Shown here: positions 1-12,469 of the stretch, piece after piece
Position numbering within the stretch: the first letter of the stretch is position 1
Layout of the letters: every line of letters starts with the position of its first letter
DNA from: Callorhinchus milii
Taxonomy: Eukaryota
DNA length: 64,000 nucleotides
NCBI RefSeq assembly: GCF_018977255.1
Contig: NW_024704742.1
Coordinates: 66,032,001 to 66,096,000 of the forward strand
Direction of reading: 5' to 3'
The notes under the pieces: generated by a model
The model's database searches: none
Told to the model about the DNA's origin: nothing
The model's input: the letters and a program-made list of their open reading frames with translations, nothing else
Made by a program: the position numbers and the translations under genes

Positions 1-79
1 AGGTACAAAGGAGCAAGGGCGTGGTGTGCTTTGAAGGCAAATCATAGAGGAGCTCGGCAGTCAATCACAGGAACGATTC

Positions 80-189
80 ACCCACAAAACACGCAGTCAA
101 TCCACTTTATAGTATATTCTGTGAAACGCTTTGAGATGTCTCGATAAAATGATTAAGGCGCTATATCAAATGCAAGAATTATTATTATT
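80..189 (+). mobile_element. SINE 3' tail fragment (L2-type tail, (TTA)n end)
   Basis: GTGAAACGCTTTGAGATGTC...GCGCTATATCAAATGCAAGAATTATTATTATT matches the tail of the full SINE copies in this window. Confidence 0.85.
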
Positions 190-956
190 GAAACCGAAAC
201 ACTTCTCACTCGCTCACTCCCTCAAGCCAGGGTTTCGTATCATGGACGAACCTGAAAAGAGGAGACAATGTATTTTTTATATATATAATATATTTAAAAA
301 ATCGGTTTGTATTTGGCTCGATTCAGCGAGAGGCGCCTCGAAGGCCACTAAACGAAATCCAATTTCCCCTGCTTTTTACGCACACTCCTGTGAATGAATG
401 TTGGAGTTGTTGTACCACACGGGCAGGCTGGAGTGTCTGTGAGTGTGCACTCTGTTTCAGCCGCATTGCCCTCTCCTCGACCTGCACCGGGCTGGTTTTC
501 AAATAAATAATGCAGAAGCCAGTACACAGCTGGGCAAAACAGCCAGACTGGGAGCCCTCTCAGTAACTGTGGTTGAGAAAACCAGGGGCTCTGTCATACC
601 TATCTGCTGCAATCTCTCTCATGTTCTACTTGATAAGCTCTCAGGAAAATACAGAATTTCCTGGATTCAGGTTCTTTTTGGATGAAACCCTGTGTTTTTT
701 GGCTGAGTCCTGGTCATAGTGAGTGATTTGTTTGTGAGATGGACTTATAGATTTCATTGAAATAATCCTAAACCTTGCTTTGATACAGCACCGTGTAAAC
801 TTTGCACCATTTCCGGAGCGCCTTGCCTCGCAGGAACTGATACCCAGTGTAGTGACTGTGTGTCTGTAGGCAAATGTGGCAGCCAGTTTGCAAGGCTCGA
901 CAAACAACCATGAAGTAAATGATCAATCATTTCTATTTCTCTTTCTGTGTCTCTTT

Positions 957-1210
957 CACAAGATCACAAGATGGGGTTTGGATGATGAAGGCCCTTTGAC
1001 CCACTGGATCTTTGGAACACCCCCATCTCTGCATCAAGCTGCTTTTAAATGAGTCCTGGCCTCAACCACCCTTCCTGGCAGCCTGTTCCAATCAATATTT
1101 ACCCACTGGGTAAAGAAAATCTTCCTGGTATCTGGCCTGAAAATGCTTTTTACAACACTGTCTATGTCCTCCTGTCCTACTGTCATGATGTATCCTAAAG
1201 TATTGAGCTG
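957..1210 (-). mobile_element. CR1 LINE 3' fragment, (ATCTTGTG)n-tailed subfamily
   Basis: CACAAGATCACAAGAT is the reverse complement of the tail at 23740-23756 and 36690-36706, followed by CR1 C-terminal-like sequence. Confidence 0.75.
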
Positions 1211-1224
1211 TGTTTACTTTTTCA

Positions 1225-1628
1225 ATCCCTTTGTCTTTTCTGTGTCTTTTTCTTTTTGCCTTGCTGTTTCTTTTTCATTCTGTGTGTGTGTGTCTCTCCC
1301 TCTCGCTGTGTGTCTCTGTCCAGGCAATCCTATCCGTCTGTCTCTGTATATCTTTGTTTCTGTGCTTGTGTCTCTGTTTCTCTCCATCTCTCTGTCCCTT
1401 ATGCTTCCTTTTGTCTCTGTGTTGCTATCTCTTATGTTTCTGTTGGTCTTTTTCTGTTTCTGTACTTGTGTCTCTACGTTTGTGCCTTTGTTTCTCTCTA
1501 TCTCTATGTCTGTTTCAATGTCTCCTATCTATTTCTCTCCAGCTCTCTCTGTCTGTGTTTCTCTCTGTATCTGTGCTTGTGTCTCTGTCGTTTTGTGTCT
1601 GTCTCTGCCTCTATCTTTCTCTGTGTGA
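1225..1628. repeat. TC/TG-rich low-complexity tract
   Basis: degenerate (TC)n/(TG)n; produces spurious ORFs in three frames. Confidence 0.95.
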
Positions 1629-1990
1629 CAGGTTTGAACCACAGCCCAGATTTACTCTAACAAAAGTATTTTAGAAAACGATTATTTCAAGAAAGTGGGA
1701 GATACACAGAAGGGAACATAACGGTTCAAGTGAATGGAATTTGAATTAAATCAATAGCGGGCAGTGGAGGGGGGAGGATGTGATTGCTACTGAACCATAA
1801 ACTGAAGGAACTAAAAAGAGAAAGGCAGACCCGCGCTGACTATAGCCCATCTCTATGGCACTCACATCTCCATTTGCAAACAACAAAAAGCACAATATCT
1901 CCGCCGCTTTCCCCCTCATCTCCCTCCCCCCGCAGACCTGGGGCTGAAATTCTGCTGCCAAAACTCTTCCTATTTGAAAGAGATATTGTA

Positions 1991-1993
1991 AGG

Positions 1994-2034
<41 letters not shown>

Positions 2035-2180
2035 AAAGTGAAAATGAAGAGAGAGAAAGAAAGAGAGCGAGAGAAAGGAGAAAAAGAGAGAGAGAAAACA
2101 GAAAAACAGAAAGAAAAAGAGAATAGAGAGAGAATGAGAGAAAGAAAGAGGAGAGCAAGGAGAGAGAGATGGGAGAGAGG
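1991..2180. repeat. (GA)n microsatellite and purine-rich tract
   Basis: perfect GA run at ~2000-2030 then degenerate GA/AAG. Confidence 0.95.
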
Positions 2181-2904
2181 GACAATTAGGACATCAAGAG
2201 TCAAGTTCACATTGGGAGGCTGAGCACGCAGGGGACTGAGGGAGTCAGATGGCCGGCAACATTCCCCTAATTAGGGTGCAGCCCAGGCTGTGTGATGGCT
2301 CCATTCCAGACTTCACCACTATTCAATGGCCCTCTTGTCTCGCTGATCCCTTTTCTTACAGTTCAGCACAGCTCAATCCGTTCCCTTTCTTTCTCTCAGC
2401 CCCTGCTTTCCCCCTTCCCCGATCTCCATCTCTAAGGTGACAGGAATGCGAGCGGCAAACTTGCGGCCCCCTCCCGGGGTGGCCGTGAACCCGCTGTCCT
2501 GGATCCCAGGCTCCCATTGTCCACATTGTGCTTCCCGCGGCCAACCCCAGCTACGGCTTTTACCCAATCGCCATTTAAATGCAGGGGGATTGTTGCTGCA
2601 AGAATAGTGAGGCCTGAGGTTCCAGCCAGTCTCAGCCCGCGGGCCCTAAGATCGCATCCAAGTGGAAAACATTCACTTCAATCCTCTCTCTATCTGGAAG
2701 TCGGTTTTCGTCAAAGGAACCGGCTTCCAGATTACAGCCGGATTTCAGAGTTTTCACCCAATTTCTTGCAATCTTAAATTTGATGACAAAATGATCAAAG
2801 ACCTTTTGAAATTTAAAGCGCATTATAGGCTATGATTACATGAAATGTAAGTGTTTTATTACAAGCTAATATTTGGTGAAATTTAAAATGTATAATAATA
2901 CTCT

Positions 2905-3135
2905 TTGTGTTTGATATAGTGCCTTATCACGTTATCGAGGCGTCTCAAAGCGCTTCACAGGATAATAATAATAATCCTTGCATTTGATATAGTGCCTTAT
3001 CATGTTGTTGAGTCAACTCAAAGCGCTTCACAGAATATACTGTAAATATTGACTGTAAATATTTTGTGGGTGAAAAATGGCAGGCAATTGCGCACAGCAG
3101 TGTCTCAAAAACAGTCATCGATTGAGTGTTCAAGT
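2905..3135 (-). mobile_element. two stacked SINE 3' fragments
   Basis: two consecutive GATATAGTGCCTTATCA...TCAAAGCGCTTCACAG units. Confidence 0.85.
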
Positions 3136-3854
3136 TATTATTAGTTTTATTTCATGTATTACAGGCTAATATTAGGAGGAATTTCAAGTATATCACAGGC
3201 TACGACAGGTGGAATTTCAAGCCTTAGAGGATCCACAAATGTTACTTTTCTCACCAAAGTGGTTGAACAAAGTTTATTAATAATATTTGAATCATTTGAA
3301 ATCAATAAAAAATATATATATATCTCTTGAAGGACTTTATGCGTTGACTGTTGCAGACTGATACTGATTAACTCTATTTATACAATGGTTCCCAGCACCA
3401 CTGATCATTTAAGCTATGTTTTTTTTATTGCTAAATTCAGATGCTGTTACTCTATTTATTTCTCTTCCGTGTGACTCACGCCAAAGAGGGGATTGGGTTG
3501 TGGGTGGGAATGGGGATGGGGCAGTAAACTCCCACGGACTCACTGTGGGAGTCGTAATAATGTCCTGCTGTCTCTCTCGCTCACATTCGTTTGTTCCACC
3601 CTTATTAGGCATGAAATTCTACCCAATGGATATTTTGTTTTAAAATTTAATCCTGAAATTAAGCACAAATTTGGACGCTGGTTTGTCACAGCTCTTTGAA
3701 TTTAATTATCTCCACAATGTTTGCCTGAACTTCAATTTTAAAATCCTTAATAATAATAATAATATTTGATATAGAACTTTATCAAGTCATTGAGACGTCT
3801 GAAAGCTCTTCACAGAATATACTGGAAAGTGAATTGACTGCATATTTTGTGGCT

Positions 3855-4162
3855 TTCCTCTTTCAGATGAGACACCGAACCAAGTTCCCATCTACCTGTT
3901 CAGATGAATATATTAAAGATCTCATGGGACTATTCAAAAAGCAAAGGGAGTTTCTCCCTCCCTTCTAGCCAACATTCCCCCAAATAAAATTGATCACTCA
4001 CTCCTTGGTTGTTTGTGGAACATTGCTATGGGCAACTGGCTGCCACATTATCGCCCACAAAATACACAGTCAATCTAGTTTATAGTGTATCCTCTGAAGC
4101 GCTTTGAGACATCTCAACAATGTGATCTGGCACTACATCAAAAGCAAGGATTATTATTATTA
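3855..4162 (+). mobile_element. SINE-B (Deu-domain, SacSINE1-like), 5'-truncated
   Basis: TTTCAGATGAGAC..., AAAGATCTCATGGGACTATTC, GTTTGTGGAACATTGCT, (TTA)n tail. Confidence 0.8.
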
Positions 4163-4789
4163 CTACTGGTATAAGCTCCATGGTGAGCAAAATGCTCAAG
4201 AGAGTTAGCAGAGGCTTGTGATAAACCAGTCACTGTCGACAAGTTAATCAACAAGTTAATCAGGGATGTGAAAGCTGAGTCCCATTCTGTCCATCCCTAA
4301 AATCCACATCTGTGCACTTATAATAACATGAATAATTCCTGGCATTTGATATGGCGCATTTAACATGGAAACGTCTCAACCCACTTCACAGCTATTGATG
4401 TTAAACAGAGTGACTGTGTATTTGTAGGCAAACAAGACATCCAACTCGAGTACAACAAACAGTCATGAATTGAAAGACCTATTTCATCTGGGGTGGGGGA
4501 GGTGGGGGGGGGGGGGGATTGTTGGCCAGGAAGCTGGGAGCTACTCCTTTCTCTTTCAGAATGATGACACTGCATTGTCAGCCGAGACTGTGAGCTTAAA
4601 GCCATTCTGTGTGGATTCTGAACCCACAACCTTCTGACTGACAGGCGAGAGTACCCAACTGAGCCGAAGTGGCATTGCTTTCCAGGATGGTTCACCCATT
4701 AGTGATCATGAGCTGTTATCCTTGGGGGATTGACAACAATTATAGTTCCCCTCTACATCCTCCACCATCACTGCAACAGCTTAAATCAG

Positions 4790-4985
4790 ACAACTCAGTC
4801 ACATTCAAATCCCTCTCTGGCCTCATCCCATTCTACATCTGTGACCTCCTGCAACCCTACCAACCCAGCCGTTCCCTTCGCTGAGCTAACACTGGCCTGC
4901 TTCATGTCCCTCACCCCATCCACCCTATTGTCAGAAGACACATTTTGCATAAAACATTATATATAAACGCAAGTTGTTGTTGTTT
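4790..4985 (+). mobile_element. L2 LINE 3' fragment
   Basis: encodes TFKSLSGLIPFYICDLLQPYQPSRSLR (L2 ORF2 C-terminus); (GTT)n tail. Confidence 0.8.
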
Positions 4986-5599
4986 TCAGCTCCCAGGTTC
5001 GGCTGTGTAAAAGCGCTTTAAGATGTCTCCTGACGTGAAAGACACTGTATAAATGTAAATTACATTGTATTGTAAGTCAGCACAGATCAGCATTCGAGCC
5101 AGTGACCAGACAAAGAGGAGGAGTGATGCCCAGCACAAGTAAACTAACCTAAGTATAGGAAAATATCTGAAGAAACAAAATACTGCAGGAGCACAGACTG
5201 ATGAGGCTGGGTGAGACAACACAGGAGATTGAAAAACAACTCCCCACACCACCACCACCGATGTGAAAAATACTCCCATCAAACGCAATTAATAGTGTGT
5301 CAATTAAATCCTTTTTGAAAAAAGATGCTGGATAAATATCTGGTTCGGGAGCGTGATTGACATTCAAGGGGATTAATGAAGACATAACCCATTAGGAATG
5401 CATCACGACACACAATGGTTCCTGTGCTGCTGGGATCATGGGAATGCTGAACGTGTGGGATCCGACCGGTCACAGTTGATTTGCCTAGTGAATGTTGCAT
5501 TGATATCCTACACTACAGCAACGATTCGCAAGCCATTATGTGCGGTGTCCCCCTTTGGAGCTCAATGTCCCACACAAGTCATCCATCGTCTTTACGATC

Positions 5600-5912
5600 A
5601 TAATAATCCTTGCATTTGATATATCACCTTATCACGTCATCGAGACGTCTCAAAGCGTTTCATGGGATATACAGTAAAGTGAATTGACTGTATTTTGTGG
5701 GTGTAAACAGTCATGGAGTGAGTGAGCAATTTTATTTGGGGGATTGTTGGCCAGGACGCCGGGAGAAACTTCCTACACTTTTTGAATAGTCCATGAGATC
5801 TTTAATACCCACCCGAACAGGTAGTCGGGACCTTGGGTTTAATGTCTCATCTGAAGGACGTCACCTCTAACAATGTAACACCCACCAGCACTGCATTGGA
5901 ATGTCAGCTTAG
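5600..5912 (-). mobile_element. SINE-B, 5'-truncated
   Basis: reverse-strand tail plus Deu-like block (AATGTCTCATCTGAAGGACGTCACCTC). Confidence 0.8.
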
Positions 5913-6639
5913 AAGTTGTGATTTCTAGAACATACCATTTCACGTGCTCCTTGGGAGGTAAGGGCTCGTTTCTCCATTGGCCTCTTGTCCCCGGGCTGGT
6001 GGTTAGCAACTGATATTTTCAATTGGAGTGAACAGGATGAACCAGTATTTTTTTTCCACTCTCCCTCTCCTCACACTCAACTGGATTTTCTCCAACCCCC
6101 CGCACCCACCCTCACCGCCCCACCATCCTGTAAAATGCTGGTAAGATGGCAGTAAAGACAAGAAAAAAATCTTACCCAGTTTGAAAACTCCTGCCCAACA
6201 AGATCATGAGATCACACTCAGGGAGGAGGAGGCGCTTTCACACAATTTCACTTGTGGTCACCCACCCTTTTCCAAAGATACTCCTTGCACTTGACATAAA
6301 ACCTGTCACATCAGTAGGACATTTCAAAGTGCTTCACAGGACTCATTGTATGTTGTAGTGACTGTATTTTTGTAGCCAAAATACTGAAGGAACCATGAGG
6401 AGAATGAGCCCTTTCCCCTCCCTTTAAGGTCACACATGTTTATGAGAACATCTCAGGTGGTTCCACTTTCAACAGCAACAATAAAGACAGCGTAAACACT
6501 GCATACATCTGTCACCACACCAGCTGGTCTCTAATAGTGACTCGGTGCTTAAAGAGACCTGCTTTCATGAGAGAGGCATGAAATATGAACAGATTTGTTA
6601 TCGCCACAACAAGTGAGAATTCTGTAACTCTGAAGTCTA

Positions 6640-8598
6640 ACTCTAAAATCCAAGATACAGAAGACAACCAAATAGAATATAGGAAGTGCAGAAGAGAACT
6701 GAAAAAGGAAATAAGAGGGGCAAAAAGATTATACGAAAAAAGGTTAGCGTGTAAGATTAAAGGGAATTCTAAAATATTTTACAAACATATCAAAAAAAAG
6801 GCTAGTCAAAGGTAGGGTGAGGCCAATTAAAGAACAAGGCAGAAATCTTATTGTGGAGGCAGAGGGCATGGCTGATGTGCTGAATGAGTACTTTGCATCT
6901 GACTTCACAAAAGAAGTGGATGCACCAAATGCCGCAGTATCAGAGGAGAGGGTAGTGGAAATGGATAGGAACAGATAAACAGAGAGGAAGTACTGAAAAG
7001 GTTGACTGGGCTCAAGGTAGATAAGTCATCCGGTCCAGACGGGATGCAGCCAAGGGTACTATGGGAGGCACGGGTACAGATAACGGAGGCTTTGGCTACA
7101 ATTTTTCAATCTTCGTTGGACGCAGGGGTAGTGCCAGAGGACTGGAGAGTGGCCAATGTTACTCCCCTGTACAAAAAAGGGCAGAAGGACAAACCTGGGA
7201 ACGACAGGCCAGTCAGCCTAACATCAGTAGTGGGGAAACTCCTGGAGACTATAATCCGGGACAGAATAAATCTTCACTTAGAAGAATGTGGGTTAATTAG
7301 GGACAGCCAGGTCAGATTGGTTAAAGGCTAATCTTGTCTAACAAATCTAATAGAATTTTTCGAGGAGGTAATGAAGAGGGTGGATAAAGGTAGAGCAGTA
7401 GATGTAGTTTATATGGACTTTCAAAAGGCATTTGACAAAGTGCCACATGAAAGACTTGTAAGAAAAATAGAAGCCCATGGTATAAAAGGGACAGTGGCAG
7501 CATGGATCCAGAACTGGCTGGGAGACAGAAAGCAGAGAGTTGTGGTGAACGGCTGCTTTTCTGACTGGAGGGAAGTGTACAGTGGCGTCCCCCAGGGATC
7601 GGTATTAGGACCACTGCTCTTCTTAATATATATAAATGATCTGGACTTGGGTATAGCAAGTACCATTTCCAAGTTTGCGGACGACACAAAGTTAGGTAGG
7701 GTGGTAAACAGTGAGAAGGATAGCAGCCAACTGCAGGAAGACATAGACAGAATGGTAAAATGGGCAGACACATGGCAGATGAATTTCAATTTGGAGAAAT
7801 GCGAGATAATGCATTTTGGTAGAAAGAATGAGGGGAGGCAATACAGGCTGGTAATACAATCTTAAGGGGGGTGAAGGAACAGAGAGACCTGGGGGTTCAG
7901 GTAAATGAATCCTTGAAGGTGGCAGGACAGGTAGATAAAGCTGTAAAAAGGGCATATGGGATACTAGGCTTTATAAATAGGGGCATAGAGTACAAGAGTC
8001 AGGAGGTTATGATTAACCTATATAAAACACTGGTTAGGCCTCAGTTAGAATACTGCGCCCAGTTCTGGGCACCACACTATAGGAAGGATGTTAAGGCATT
8101 GGAAAGGGTGCAGAGGAGATTTACGAGGATGGTACCAGGAATGAGGGACCTTGATTATGAGGAAAGGCACGAGAGGCTGGGATTATTCTCATTGGAGCAG
8201 AGAAGGTTACGAGGAGACCTAATAGAGGTCTTCACAATCATGAGGGGATTTGATAGGTTAGAAAGGGAAAAACTGTTTCCACTGGTGGGTATGTTGGTGA
8301 CTTGAGGTCACAGAATCAAAATAGTCTCTAAAAGAAGCAGAGGGAAGGTGAGAAGAAATTGTTTCACGCAGCGAGTTGTTCGAATCTGGAATGCATTGCC
8401 TGAAAGGGTGGTCGAGGCCGATTTGATAACGGCTTTAAAAACGCGGTGGACGGGTATTTGTGGAGAATGGGTTTGCAGGGTTATGGGGAAAGGGTTGGGG
8501 AGTGGGACTGACATTACATTGCTTTTTTCAAAGAGCCGACACAGACTCGATGGGCCGAATGGCGTATTTTTGTGCTGTACAATTCTATGATTCTATGA
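6640..8598 (+). mobile_element. CR1 LINE, ~2 kb 5'-truncated ORF2 with reverse transcriptase, disrupted
   Basis: ORF pieces with VPEDWRVANVTPLYKKG, DFQKAFDKVPH, GVPQGSVLGPLLF, KFADD (~7671-7685), RLRGDLIEVF; several frameshifts/stops; ATTCTATGATTCTATGA tail at 8582-8598. Confidence 0.97.
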
Positions 8599-8654
8599 TA
8601 AACAAATGTCTATTTCTTTGATGGTGCCTTTGATCAACATCTTTAAACTCTCCT

Positions 8655-9023
8655 TTCTCTTCTCTTACCTGCCCGTACCCTCCGTTCCTCTGGCTCCGGT
8701 CTGCTCCACATCCCCCGCCCCAACCGCCCTACCATCGGTGGCCGGGCCTTCAGCCTCTCAGCCCTTAGGCTCTGGAACTCCATCCCCCAGTGCCTTCGCC
8801 GCCTCCTCCCTTTCCTCCTTCAAGGCCGGTCTCAAGACCTTTCTCTTTGACCGTGCCTTCAGCTCCTCTCTCGACTCTCTACCCCCTCCTCGCTCCCTCC
8901 CTTCCCTCCCCTCACTCTGACCATTTCCCCCCTGCTCGGGTCCTGACCCAACTGTCCAGCGCCTTGGGATGTCCTCCCGACGTGAAAGGCACTCTATAAA
9001 TGAAATCTTGTTGTTGTTGTTGT
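8655..9023 (+). mobile_element. young L2 LINE 3' end
   Basis: near-identical to reverse complement of the 54297-54750 copy; SLSSFKAGLKTFLFDRAF; stem-loop tail then (TTG)n. Confidence 0.93.
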
Positions 9024-9076
9024 TCTCCCTGTCCAATGCTCCCTTATTGTCCCTTTGAGGAATACTTTGAGAGAGG

Positions 9077-9770
9077 ACTCATCTCGCAAGCGAGAGGACC
9101 TGGGTTTGATTCAATCAAGTGCTCCGGGATGCTATCCTGTGTGAAGAGCGCTATATAAATGCAAGTTGTTGTTGTTGCAGGGCAATACCTTAGACAAGTT
9201 TCCTTACTCCACACATCTGCTTATCTAGCAGTAAGTAAGAACCCAGTTGTTAGTCAATTGGCGGATTGCTTTCTGGTGTAATAAACACCTTCAAACATAA
9301 TAATAATGGTGGAGTCCTGTAGCTCAGTGGTTAGAGCACTCCCTTTGCAAGCGAGAGACCTGGGTTTGATTCCTGGCAGGGCGAAATCTTGGGCAAGTTT
9401 CCTTACTCCACACGCCTAATAATAATCCCTCAAAAAAAATATTAAATTGGTCACTTCAATCCACGACTGTTTGTGGGACACTGCTGTGCGCAATTGGCTG
9501 CCGCGTTTCGTCCACATAATATGCAGTCAATTCACTTTACAGTCTATTCTGTGAAGCGCTTTGAGATGTCCAGAAGGCATGAAAAGCGCTATATCAAATG
9601 CAAGTATAGTAATCATGACTGTTGTGGGACGCTGCTGTGAGCAATTGGCTGCCAGGTTTTACCACAAAATATACAATTAATTCACTTTACAGTATATTCT
9701 GTGAAGAGCTTTGAGGCATTTCGAAGACATGATATGGCACAATGTCAAATGCAAGGATTATAGCATTATT
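9077..9770 (+). mobile_element. SINE-A long form, split by two later insertions
   Basis: pieces 9077-9112, 9177-9305 and 9614-9770 are collinear with intact long copies. Confidence 0.8.
9311..9612 (+). mobile_element. SINE-A short form, full length
   Basis: GGAGTCCTGTAGCTCAGTGGTTAGAGC (A box), GGTTTGATTCC (B box), CCACACGCCT joined to AATAATAATCCCT, L2-type tail. Confidence 0.92.
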
Positions 9771-10026
9771 AACTAAGACCTGTTTCCTGTTCTTGTCACC
9801 CTGTCTCCCCATCCCCTCCTACCCATGAATTTTCAGTTACTTTGTCCTTGTGCTTTAGAGCTCTCTCCCTAAGTCTCTACCTTGGACTGCTTTCAAAACT
9901 TATGTGAATTCACTCTTTGATTAAGTCTTTGGCCAACATATTCTGCCGTGTTTGCCTACAACATACACAGTAAAGTGCGAAGTACATTTTATAGTGAACA
10001 ATAACAACAACAACTTACATTCATTA

Positions 10027-10340
10027 GTAGCTCAGTGGTTAGAGCACTCGCTTTGCAAGTGAGAGACCTGACTTCAATTCCAGACAGAGGGCGAAACCTT
10101 GGGCAAGTTTCCTTACTCCACACGCCTAATAATAATCCCTCCAAAACCAAAAACAATAATAAATTGGTCATTTTCAATCTACGACTGTTTGTGGGACATT
10201 GCTGTGTGCAATTGGCTGCTGCATTCGCCCACAAATATACAGTCAATTCACTTTACAGTGTGTTCTGTAAAGCGCTTTGGGACGTCCTCCCGATGTGAAA
10301 AGCGCTATATCAAATGCAAGGATTATTATTATTATTATTA
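10027..10340 (+). mobile_element. SINE-A short form
   Basis: tRNA head with A/B boxes, short junction, (TTA)n tail. Confidence 0.92.
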
Positions 10341-12077
10341 TACAGCGGCATTCAGATGAGATAACACCTCAGAGCACTGATCCTATATAACCTGTGAAGC
10401 ACTCTGAGATGTTGAAAGGCTTTATGTAAAAAGCTAATGTAATTGGTAAAAGAACCAGAGGAGATGAAGAATTTTTTTTACACAGAGTTGTTCCAATCTG
10501 GAATGCACTGCTAGAAAGGGTGGTGGAAGCAGATTTAATAATAACTTATGAAAGGGAATTGGATGTCAGTTCACCAGCGCAACAGGGAAAACAACTTTAT
10601 TCCTGTTACAAAAACAGTCCCTTGATTTCCTTCGGAGGGAATTTTTCTTAATATAAAAGCCAGAGCCTCTTTAACAATAGTTCTTTCACTGATGAAAGCT
10701 CCACGGCTGCATTCTAATAACCTATTCTTCAGCCTTCAGGGCCTGCCGGCTGCCGGCTGCTAAATATAGAAGCTGCTCCTAAATCTGGTCCCAGTGTAAA
10801 ATTGCCGTAGTGAAGGGATGCCTGCTCAGTGACGGTGTGTGTTAGACCACCTAGACTTCAGAAATCGCTACTGAACAGTAACCTTTTTGTCCCTCACTGT
10901 GAAAATAGTTATATAGATGATAATAATAATAATCCTTGCATTTGATTTAATGCCTTATTACTTCTTGGAAACGTCTTAAAGCACTTCACAGGATATACTG
11001 TAAAGTGCAGTAAATGTGTATTTTGGGGGCTAAACATGGCAGCCAATTACACACAGCAGTGTCCCACAAACAGTCATGACCAAATTATATAAATATAAAC
11101 TTATATTGTATTGTATACTGTATTTCTACTTTTCAGATATATGTAATAAGGTGTCCAAAAATCCTCCAACAGAGGCCTAAAGTGATTTCAGAGAAGGGAG
11201 TTTCTCCCAGTTTCCTGGCCGACAATCCCCCAAATACAATTGTTCGTTGAAGCGTTCCACTTGACGGGCACTATATAATTGCAAGTTGTTGATGTTGTTC
11301 ATTCATTTCACAGCTGCTTGTGGGACATTGCTCTGCACAAATTGGACTGCCGGATTTTGACTACAAAATACAGTCACTCCACTTCACATTACATCCTGTG
11401 AAGCGCTTTGAGATGCCCTTCAATGTGAAAAGCACTACTCCAAATGCAAGGTTCATTATTATTAATTATTATAAAGGCTTAGCATTGCTCCTTTGCTGTT
11501 ATATTCTGTGCACCCATTTATAAAGCCTAGACTGATGGGAAATATTCCAGGTTTTACTCTAAAAGGCCCTTTATTAGTTCAATTCAGTTGCGCAAGGTTA
11601 ACATCATCACTGTGACAGTGTTTCTAATCCCTGTTTGGATTTGCTACTATATTATTCATGCTTTTCAAGAGGCAAAGCAAAAAATGGCCAACCTGGATAT
11701 ACCCGAATTTCCCTGGATCTGCTGGCATTCCGAGGGTTAATTTCAGTGACGTATCAGGAAGTGAGCCGGTTTTCTGTTGATCTGACAGGGTCTAACACCC
11801 ACCCGAAGAGCCCACGCTTGAAAGACATCACCCCGAGTGCTCCCACAATGATTCAGAGTGAAGTCGCATGAGCGGCAGCTGTGCGGAGGCAATGCATTAC
11901 AAGAGAACGAGTCACGTTCCTGGCAATTCTTTGAAGTGTTCCGATCTCATCGCTTTATTATCCATGAGTCCTGTTTAGTCAGTGCAGCTGTGGTGAGCCA
12001 GGCTGGTCTCCTTTGGGTGCTGATTGTTACACTGTGTGATGAGTCCTACCCAGTAAAGGCTGAGCAGCCTGTGACAC

Positions 12078-12229
12078 GCCTGTTAAAGCACATGATGCAC
12101 CTTATTCCTATTCTGAAAATGCAGTTGAACAAAGTTGGGAGTCTCTGAGTAGAGGCTATGCCTCGCTCTGACAATCACACTTTGTACCTCTTGGTGCAGA
12201 GTTTTGAGACAATCCCCCTTTGTGAAAGG
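12078..12229 (+). repeat. local direct repeat, copy 1 (pairs with 13106-13268)
   Basis: GCCTGTTAAAGCACATGA...CTATTCTGAAAATGCAGTTGAACAA...GTACCTCTTGGT shared. Confidence 0.9.
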
Positions 12230-12469
12230 TGTGATATAAGTGTAAACCTGTGTTGTTACTGTACATACATCAGGGAGAGAGGAGTTTTGCCTGATGTTAT
12301 GACCAACAATCTTCTTAGGGGGGGAATGCGTTGCTACATTTAAATTTAATAATAATCTTTGTAATGATCCATGCGTTCGATATAGCCCCTTATTATGTCA
12401 TTGAGACACCTCAAAGTGCCTCACAGAATATACTGTAAAGTGAATTCACTGTATACTTTGGGGGCGAAA

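Noticed and set aside
1143..1674. Three overlapping 134-161 aa hydrophobic ORFs
   Set aside because: Product of a TC/TG low-complexity tract that lacks stop codons
1746..2223. Arg/Glu-rich and Leu/Ser-rich ORFs
   Set aside because: Translations of the (GA)n tract
2200..2720. GC-richer segment with CCAAT as a CpG-island promoter
   Set aside because: Short, modest CpG density, and no linked exon or gene identified
7002..8590. Reverse transcriptase ORFs as a retron, DGR or active element
   Set aside because: Typical CR1 ORF2 motifs and tail; broken by frameshifts and stops; eukaryotic context
9311..9385. tRNA gene (Ala/Val-like)
   Set aside because: Runs into SINE body, lacks a proper acceptor stem, and recurs in many diverged copies
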